Source: an uncultured Bacteroidia bacterium
GTDB taxonomy: Bacteria > Bacteroidota > Bacteroidia > Bacteroidales > CAJPTX01
Assembly (NCBI GenBank): GCA_963540065.1
Contig: CAUTNK010000008.1
Location: 20,447 to 84,446 of the forward strand
DNA length: 64,000 nucleotides
Reading direction: 5' to 3'
Each line of letters starts with the position of its first letter. Position 1 is the first letter of the stretch. The notes under the pieces are model-generated. The model made no database searches, was not told the origin of the DNA, and saw only the letters and a program-made list of their open reading frames with translations. The position numbers and the translations under genes are program-made. This document shows positions 1 through 6,964 of the stretch, piece after piece.

Positions 1-77
1 ACCGTACAGGGGATGTTTTTTCCGTCGGCGTCGAAAACAGAGGTCATACCGATCTTACGTCCAATAATACCAGCCAT
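1..77 (-). CDS. rplC: 50S ribosomal protein L3, N-terminal fragment (gene continues past the left edge)
   Basis: The reverse complement of 1-77 starts at ATG (75-77) and reads [25 protein letters not shown], the conserved L3 N-terminus. It lies directly downstream of rpsJ, as in S10 operons. Confidence 0.8.
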   Translation of the reverse strand, partial: MAGIIGRKIGMTSVFDADGKNIPCT

Positions 78-88
78 TCTCGCACCCT

Positions 89-400
89 TTATTTAACTTC
101 AATTTTAACAGATACTCCGCTGGGTAATTCAAGCTTCATAAGTGCGCTGACGGTCTGTTTGTTGTGGTTGTAGACGTCGAGCAATCGCTTATAGGAATCG
201 AGCCTGAACTGTTCACGCGATTTTTTGTTAACAAATGTAGAGCGATTCACCGTAAATATACGCCGATGTGTCGGCAACGGGATCGGACCGCAGACCACAG
301 CGCCTGATAGTTTCACAGTCTTAACAATTCGTTCGACTGCGCTATCTAACAGGTTATGATCGTACGAGCTTAACTTAATACGAATTTTTTCGTTACTCAT
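89..400 (-). CDS. rpsJ: 30S ribosomal protein S10
   Basis: 103-aa ORF ([19 protein letters not shown]...) typical of S10. It lies between fusA and rplC. Confidence 0.95.
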   Translation of the reverse strand: MSNEKIRIKLSSYDHNLLDSAVERIVKTVKLSGAVVCGPIPLPTHRRIFTVNRSTFVNKKSREQFRLDSYKRLLDVYNHNKQTVSALMKLELPSGVSVKIEVK

Positions 401-412
401 CCGAAGACCTAT

Positions 413-2545
413 TTATTTTTTAGTGCTTTTCGCAGCACTCTTTTTCTCGATAACGTCTTTAGCCATATTTTCTGGCATAGCTTCGTAGTGATCGAATTCC
501 ATAACGGAATACGCTCTTCCTTGTGTAAGCGAGCGCAATGCAGTAACATACCCGAACATATTGGCAAGAGGTACGAGACACACTACGTGGTGGTAGCTAG
601 CATCTTCGCTAGAGTCGCGTATTTGTCCTCTCCGTTTGTTAATATCGCCCATAACTTCGCCGATATACTCCGAAGGGCTATCGATAGCAAGTTTCATCAT
701 AGGCTCCATCAGAACGGGTTTTGCTTTTACGCATGCTTCGCGGAAAGCTTGCTTTGCGCAGAGTTCGAAAGACAATTGGTCGGAGTCTACTGGATGGAAA
801 GAACCATCTTTTAGGACGATCTTCATACTTGTCAATTCATATCCTGCCAGTGGACCGTTCTTCATCGCCATTTCGAATCCCTTTTGCACAGAAGGTATAA
901 ATTCTTTAGGAATGTTACCGCCTTTTACTTCGTCAACAAACTGCAGTCCTTCTTCACCATCGTCAACAGGTCCCATCTGGAAGATAATATCAGCGAACTT
1001 ACCACGCCCCCCGGTTTGTTTCTTGAATACCGAACGGTGTTCGACAGTACCGGTAATAGCCTCGCGATAGGAAACTTGCGGTTCGCCGACGTTTATTTCT
1101 ATTTTTTCCTTCTCTTTTAATTCGTTAATCCGGACTTCGAGATGGAGCTCGCCCATACCAGCAATAATCGTTTGTCCGCTCTCCTCATCGGTATAGAAAT
1201 GGAAAGAGGGGTCTTCTGTCGCAATGGTCAGGAAACCCTTTTCGAGCGTAGCAACATCGGACTGTTTTTGTGCTTCTACCGCGATTCTTATAACAGGTGC
1301 TGGGAAAGTAATTGGCGATAGGAGCACTTGATGTTTTTCGTTGCAAAGAGTATCTCCGGTTTTAAGATCTTTCACACCTTGCAGAGCACAAATTTCTCCG
1401 GTTCCGCATGACTCTATTGGAATTTGTTTTCCGGCATTCAATTGCGAGAGTCGACTTATACGCACCTTACTTTTCGAACGAACGTTATATACAATATCAC
1501 CTGGATTTAGCGTTCCTGTGTATACTCGAACGAAGGCCAGTGAACCGAAATCGCTTTGGAAAATTTTGAATACGAGTCCGCTAAATGGTTCGTCGGGAGA
1601 AATTTTTCTAGTCACTTTTTTCTCTGGATCAGCGACATCCATCGCCTCGATAGACTCTTTATCTATAGGACTCGGCAGATAAAGAGTAATGGCATCCATT
1701 AGTTTCTCGACTCCGACATCTCGCTTTGCCGATCCGCACATCACAGGCACAATCGTACGTGATGCTACACTTTTTCGAACGACCTGAATAAGCTCCTCCG
1801 TAGTAATCGAATTGGGGTCGACGAGATACTTATCCATGAGCGCTTCGTCGAGAATAGCTACGGATTCCAGAAGGTGATTACGATATTTATCTACCGTTTC
1901 CTTCAAATCGCTATGCGCCTCGTCAGTAGGGATCGGAACTTCCCGCATAACGGGATACTTATCGTTGGGATTCTCAAGATGCCACTCGTAAGCTTTCATT
2001 GTAATGAGGTCGACAACCCCTGTAAAGGAAGCTTCGTGACCTATGGGGATCTGCAAAGGACAAGGATTTACTCCGAGTCTTTTTTCCATTTGATCGAGCA
2101 CGGCGAAGAAATTAGCGCCTTCTCGATCCATTTTATTGACGAAAGCGATTTTGGGGACTCCGTATCTTTCCGACTGTCTCCAAACTGACTCGCTTTGTGG
2201 CTGCACACCACCGACTGCACAAAATACCGCGACTGCTCCGTCGAGGACTCGCAGACAGCGTTCGACTTCGACAGCGAAGTCTACGTGCCCGGGGGTATCA
2301 ATAAAGTTAAATTGGTAGGTTTTGTTGTTGCACACCCAACTAATTGTACTAGCTGCCGAGGTAATTGTAATACCACGTTCACGCTCAGCAGTTAGGTAGT
2401 CCATGGTTGCCGCTCCCTCGTGCGTCTCACCGATCTTGTGTGTTTTCCCGGAAAGGAATAGCATACGCTCGGATACGGTAGTTTTGCCCGCATCGATATG
2501 CGCCATAATACCGAGATTTCGTGTGAGAGTCAGATCTTTCGCCAT
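413..2545 (-). CDS. fusA: elongation factor G
   Basis: 710 aa with GTPase motifs AHIDAGKTT, DTPGHVDF and NKMD. It follows rpsG in str-operon order. Confidence 0.97.
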   Translation of the reverse strand: MAKDLTLTRNLGIMAHIDAGKTTVSERMLFLSGKTHKIGETHEGAATMDYLTAERERGITITSAASTISWVCNNKTYQFNFIDTPGHVDFAVEVERCLRVLDGAVAVFCAVGGVQPQSESVWRQSERYGVPKIAFVNKMDREGANFFAVLDQMEKRLGVNPCPLQIPIGHEASFTGVVDLITMKAYEWHLENPNDKYPVMREVPIPTDEAHSDLKETVDKYRNHLLESVAILDEALMDKYLVDPNSITTEELIQVVRKSVASRTIVPVMCGSAKRDVGVEKLMDAITLYLPSPIDKESIEAMDVADPEKKVTRKISPDEPFSGLVFKIFQSDFGSLAFVRVYTGTLNPGDIVYNVRSKSKVRISRLSQLNAGKQIPIESCGTGEICALQGVKDLKTGDTLCNEKHQVLLSPITFPAPVIRIAVEAQKQSDVATLEKGFLTIATEDPSFHFYTDEESGQTIIAGMGELHLEVRINELKEKEKIEINVGEPQVSYREAITGTVEHRSVFKKQTGGRGKFADIIFQMGPVDDGEEGLQFVDEVKGGNIPKEFIPSVQKGFEMAMKNGPLAGYELTSMKIVLKDGSFHPVDSDQLSFELCAKQAFREACVKAKPVLMEPMMKLAIDSPSEYIGEVMGDINKRRGQIRDSSEDASYHHVVCLVPLANMFGYVTALRSLTQGRAYSVMEFDHYEAMPENMAKDVIEKKSAAKSTKK

Positions 2546-2597
2546 TTTTCAATAATTCCTAAAAACGAATAAACAGATAAGTTAGCGTTATTATTGA

Positions 2598-3074
2598 CTA
2601 ACGACGGAAATGCGCAAAAGCCTTGTTAGCGTCGGCCATCCTATGTAACTCTTCCATACGACGATAAGCAGCGCCTTCCTTGTGATAAGCGGCCATAATC
2701 TCCGTAGCTAGTTTTTCGGACATGCTATGACCGGAGCGTTTTCTGGCGGCATTAATCATATTTTTCATAGCGAGACTGACCTTTCGATCTGGTCTCACCT
2801 CTTGTGGTACTTGTAAGTTAGCACCACCGACACGTCTGCTTCGCACTTCCAGCTGTGGAGTCACCGTGAGGAGGGCTTCGCGCCAAATATCGAGTGCGCT
2901 TTTCCCTTCGGATGACATTTTTTCTCCAACGATCTGTATAGCTTTATAAAAGATACCGAAGGCGATACTTTTCTTACCGTCATACATGAGGTGGTTGACG
3001 AATCGAGTTACTTCGACGTCAGCGAAAGTGGGGTCTGGGAGGAGGATACGCTTTTTGGGCTTACTTTTTCTCAT
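2598..3074 (-). CDS. rpsG: 30S ribosomal protein S7
   Basis: 158-aa ORF with an S7-like sequence, lying between rpsL and fusA. Confidence 0.95.
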   Translation of the reverse strand: MRKSKPKKRILLPDPTFADVEVTRFVNHLMYDGKKSIAFGIFYKAIQIVGEKMSSEGKSALDIWREALLTVTPQLEVRSRRVGGANLQVPQEVRPDRKVSLAMKNMINAARKRSGHSMSEKLATEIMAAYHKEGAAYRRMEELHRMADANKAFAHFRR

Positions 3075-3099
3075 TGTTTGTTACTCGACAAGTAATGAC

Positions 3100-3474
3100 T
3101 TATTTTTTAGGACGTTTTGCCCCGTACTTAGATCTTCTTTGTCTTCTACCTTCGACACCGGAAGCGTCCATGGTACCACGCACAAGATGGTATCTCACTC
3201 CTGGTAGGTCTTTTACCCTTCCGCCTCTGACCAAGACGATGGAGTGCTCTTGGAGATTGTGACCTTCGCCTGGGATGTAGGCGTTTACTTCTTTTCCGTT
3301 GCAGAGTTTCACACGCGCGACCTTTCTCATAGCTGAGTTAGGTTTTTTGGGCGTTGTGGTATAGACCCGGACGCAGACTCCGTGCCGTTGTGGGCAGGCA
3401 TCCAAAGCGGGCGCCTTGCTATTAGTTTCGAGCACAGTGCGTCCTTTTCTTACTAACTGCTGTATTGTTGGCAT
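3100..3474 (-). CDS. rpsL: 30S ribosomal protein S12
   Basis: 124 aa, [12 protein letters not shown]... with the conserved PNSA(M)RKV segment. It is the first gene of the str operon. Confidence 0.96.
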   Translation of the reverse strand: MPTIQQLVRKGRTVLETNSKAPALDACPQRHGVCVRVYTTTPKKPNSAMRKVARVKLCNGKEVNAYIPGEGHNLQEHSIVLVRGGRVKDLPGVRYHLVRGTMDASGVEGRRQRRSKYGAKRPKK

Positions 3475-3508
3475 GCTTTATATCGCTAAGTAAACCGTAA
3501 AACAAGCG

Positions 3509-3540
3509 CAAAGGTATAGAAAAACTACTACACAGCCAAA
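3509..3540 (-). promoter_or_regulatory. Bacteroidetes-type promoter of the str operon (-7 TACCTTTG, -33 TTTG)
   Basis: On the minus strand, TACCTTTG (3509-3516) matches TAnnTTTG and TTTG sits at 3537-3540, giving a 20-nt spacer. The -7 box is 35 nt upstream of the rpsL ATG. Confidence 0.5.
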
Positions 3541-3687
3541 TAGGCGGAAGATAAGGTGAGGGGATTTATAGGTCTAATAGAAGTGATACTGTCCTAAAAA
3601 GAGTGTATGCGCCTTTTTTCTAACTCCGTCTTATCTCCACTCGTTTAACTAGAAGCTAACTAGAAGCTGCGTTCTTTACGGGAATGC

Positions 3688-4070
3688 TGCACAATTACGT
3701 TCGATATAGATTATTGTGGGATTTTTGTTGTATGTTGCCCTCGCTGCAAAACGCCTGTCGAACGTCTAGAAAAAACATTTGCCGCCCTTCCTCGTCCCCC
3801 CGGTTCGCACCAGGGGATATACTTGGAAGACCCGCGATGCGGGTTACTGCGGATTCGGTATCGCACCATCTGCATGCAACGCCTATTGAACGTCTAGAAA
3901 GAACCCGCAGGGCGGGGAAGGAAAGATGTATAATCAATTGATTATCATTGCTGTAGGGGTGAAACGTAATTTTTCTGAATAAATGTGTTGATAAGCAGGG
4001 ATTTGAATTGTCTACGCCGCAGGTTATTTCTCTAAATATTCTCGGACAATCAATTATGCAACAGTCCCAT
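3688..4070. repeat. composite intergenic repeat, copy 1 (module A 3688-3754 plus module B 3781-4070)
   Basis: Module B aligns by eye with 6480-6774 at roughly nine in ten positions. Module A aligns with 12891-12958. All copies have the same orientation. Confidence 0.85.
3786..3921 (+). ncRNA. candidate structured RNA of unknown family (core of repeat module B, copy 1)
   Basis: A 12-bp closing helix pairs 3786-3797 with 3910-3921, including U92-G15 and U95-G12 wobbles that work only on the plus strand. Hairpins lie at 3798-3816 (UCGC loop) and 3830-3844 (ACCCGC-GAT-GCGGGT). The same architecture occurs in copy 2 with a different helix sequence. Confidence 0.35.
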
Positions 4071-4111
4071 GATGCTAATTCAGCGCAAAAAAAGCAGCTT
4101 AGGATATTAGA

Positions 4112-6356
4112 TTAATTTTCAGGGGACTTCGACATCTGATCGTCTACTGCTATTCGAGGATCGCTGAGGCGGGATTCGAATTCTTTCCCGAATCTATAGG
4201 ACAGTCCTAATGAAATAGTTGCGGTAGGGCTGCTATGGCGTTGCTCTACGAAATCGTACAATTCGCGTTTATAATCGTCTTTAAGCCAAAAAGCTAGGAT
4301 ATCGCCCATCGAAAGATAGACTTTTAGATCGCGACTTTTCAGGAAACGCGCTTCGAAACTAGCCCCAAGGTCGGCAATGGGGTCGTCGTAGCTATAAAGA
4401 GAATAGCCCCGTCCCCAGTGCCCAAGCCAAGTTTCGACACTAAATCGGTCTGCAAATTGATACTCGAGTCGAAGATTAGCGACCGTCGCCCTCCCCTTTT
4501 GCACTTTACCACGGGAAAGTTTTTCGTAATACGGTGTCAGTTTCACATTTTGAAAATTAACTCCGCCATAGGCATACAGAAATAATGTATAGTCGAAAAA
4601 CGCAGCTTGGTAGGAAATCCGTGGCGAAAAGATCTGCATGCGCCCGACGTTGTAATATTTATTCTCAAAATCGTCGTTCGTATAGATGGGTTCGATAATA
4701 TCGTGAAGATCCTGATATTCTAATCGCAGGGCGATGGACTGAGTGCCAAAACGCTTAGAATACCGAACTGTATAAGAATTATACGTAGCGGGCTGTAATA
4801 TCGGATTGCCTCTTGTGGCTTCTCTACGATCTTTATAACGGCTACGTGGGTCGAGATGCCAGAGTGTCGGTTTTTTTACTCGTCGGCTATAAACCAGATT
4901 GACACGCCCCCATTGACCTCCAAAACTTACTGCGCCCAATGGAACTGGGCTCCATAGATCTAATTCTTTTCGCCGTAATCGTATCGATCGTAATCGAGAG
5001 CCAATGAAAGTAGTAAGGAGACACCTAGCGGAAATTCGAGTAGGTCTTCTAGGGTAAGTCGTTGCACAAAACTTTGGGGATTAATAGTGCCGTCAGTTGC
5101 CCCACTACGGGCTATAATCGATAGGAATATTCTAGATTGTGATTTGTCGCCCAAGCACTAAATAGGTTATCATGTATCCCCTTGAATTCGGCAGCTATAT
5201 TATTGTCTTTCTGTTCTAACTCATATTTTCGATTGTACTCTGTAAAGGCGTAATAATCCTGATCGTGCAAGTAATCGCCAATTAGATAGAAACGATTATC
5301 TGGGTTGTAGATATACTCTAGCGATAAGGCTGCACCTGTGCTAAACTCACTATGGTCTCGTTTGTTAGAATAGCTCTTGTCTAGATAGGACGTTGTTTTC
5401 CCTTTTCGATTTATGGTATTCAAAAATCCGACACACTGCACTGAAAAAGAGTTAGTGAAGTTATAAGACATCTGCAGGGTGGCTCTTGTAAAACGATCAT
5501 TGCTATGATATTTTACATCGCTAAGGCTATCACTGTGTCCCTTTCGTTGGAAACGATAATCGATTCTTTTCTCTTTCGGGCGATCTATATAGGATGCCAA
5601 TGCATTCACTTCAAATTTTGGTGATTGAAAGCCCAATGACGGATATACGCTATAACCTATATTTTCACCGAAATCGGAATCCAGCGCTGCATCTATATTC
5701 CCACTCAAGAAACGATTGGCATTCTTCTTCCTATAAATCCAGATTTCGCCACCTTGTTCCTTATCGGGATCCGCCGCGCTCTCTCTTACTTCTATTCTAT
5801 CAACCGACTGAATGTCTAGGACTTGTACAATTTCTATCGGCACCTCCTTACCATCTAAATAGTATCGTGGTGCAGCTGTTTTACCTTCTATAAGGACACC
5901 ATCGCCTGATTTTGTGAAATTGGGAAGCCTCTGCAAAGCCTGCGGAATTGGGGTATTAGCCAAATATTTTTCTGTATTAATCTTGTATTCTCTACCACGT
6001 GCCGTTTCTTTTATATTGGAATAATACCCCTCAATTCGTACCTCGTCTATATCTCTTTCGACTTCCTTAAGGGTAATTACAAGCTCTGCATTTGTATTTG
6101 TTATCATAAAAACAGAATCAAACGTTCCGTAGGTAATATCTTGAAAGCGTATACGCAGTTCTGTACAGGCTTCAGGAAAAACAACATCAACCATACCCAT
6201 CGAATCTGTTGTATAAGTATGATCCTGCGAACATGCTGTAACTTGAAAACCTAAATTCGGGATAGGCGCGTCTACTTTACGAAACTGCAGATGAATCTGG
6301 GCAGGAAGAGTTGTTGTTAGTAACAGAAAGAGAGGCAGAAAGGAGAAGTAATGCAT
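4112..6356 (-). pseudogene. outer-membrane beta-barrel protein gene (CarboxypepD_reg-like N-domain, plug-like region, OMP_b-brl_3-type barrel) split over three frames
   Basis: ORFs 5112-6356 (signal peptide plus N-domains), 4960-5154 and 4112-4939 (barrel C-terminus) are colinear and sum to about 750 aa. They lie in three different frames, with junctions near 5112-5154 and 4939-4962. Confidence 0.6.
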
Positions 6357-6479
6357 TAACTAATAACTTTTTTTGCAAAGAAGAATTCAAGTCACCAATG
6401 CAACAGTTCCGCCTGTAGTGTTAAACCGTTAGATTGTGATATCAAAGTTAATCAAAGCAAACTCTTTCGGGTTCAGGTA

Positions 6480-6774
6480 GCCGTTCTCTCTCCTCCCCCC
6501 CCCCAGTTCGCACCGGGGGATATACTTAGACCCGCGATGCGGGTTACTGCGGATTCGGTATCGCATCATCTGCGTACAACGCTTGTCGCACGGCTAGAAA
6601 AAAAAACGCAGGGGGAGGGGAAAGAAAGATATGTAATCGATTGATTATCATTGCTGTATGGGGTGAAACGTGATTCTTCTGAATAAATGTGTTGATAAGC
6701 AGGGATTTGAATTGTCTACGTAGCAGGTTATTTCTCTAAATATTCTCGAATAATCAATTATGCAACAGTCCCAT
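6480..6774. repeat. intergenic repeat, copy 2 (module B only)
   Basis: It aligns with 3781-4070. The invariant core cccgcgatgcgggttactgcggattcggtatcgca sits exactly 2700 nt from its copy-1 counterpart. The copy contains a C10 tract at 6495-6504. Confidence 0.85.
6484..6626 (+). ncRNA. candidate structured RNA, copy 2
   Basis: The closing helix pairs 6489-6499 with 6611-6621, with an extension pairing 6484-6487 with 6623-6626. Hairpins lie at 6500-6519 and 6530-6544. The helix strands differ in sequence from copy 1 but still pair. Confidence 0.3.
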
Positions 6775-6964
6775 TTCTGACAACGTTTTCTCAACGATAA
6801 GAATCTTGGACTCCAGCTAAATAACCGGAAGCATATGCGGCGAGGACTTTTATGTCTAACCGTTCCCGCTTGACTTTCGGGCAAAGAATCCGGTCTGGAA
6901 AAATCGGCAAGGATTCCGGACAACAAAAACAGTATCAAGCGACTAGTTGTACTAGGAAATTTGG

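Noticed and set aside
3798-3816. The sequence ggttcgcacc looked like a tRNA T-loop, suggesting a tRNA-like or tmRNA-like element.
   Set aside because: No acceptor, D or anticodon arms can be drawn around it. It folds as a simple hairpin.
3744-3904. Two ~33-nt direct repeats that might be a mini CRISPR array.
   Set aside because: There are only two units, about 80 percent identical, spaced 126 nt apart, with no cas genes in the window and no further repeats. The spacing and degeneracy are not CRISPR-like.
3684-3941. An 85-aa plus-strand ORF and the overlapping 80-aa minus-strand ORF (3695-3937) inside repeat copy 1.
   Set aside because: The plus ORF's start lies in module A, which has a 1-nt indel and an in-frame stop in copy 3. 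Copy 2 has no start codon and a 4-nt length difference upstream. The minus frame acquires a TGA in copy 2 (cgc aga tga). Only the short ATG-initiated frame is kept as a separate low-interest finding.
3688-4070. A MITE or IS element.
   Set aside because: There is no transposase ORF and only an 8/10 terminal inverted match that does not reach the right end of the homology. I could not identify target-site duplications. It is kept as an unclassified repeat instead.
6357-6780. A possible riboswitch (cobalamin or TPP) in the leader of the outer-membrane receptor-like gene.
   Set aside because: I found no B12 box (GCCACTG-like) and no TPP CTGAGA / ACCTGA elements on the minus strand. The conserved structure is favoured on the opposite (plus) strand.
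6648-6938. A 96-aa minus-strand ORF downstream of the MCP gene.
   Set aside because: Its C-terminal part is read from the repeat, where copy 1 differs by a 1-nt indel that changes the frame. It has low-complexity, Cys/Arg-rich composition. It is probably not coding.
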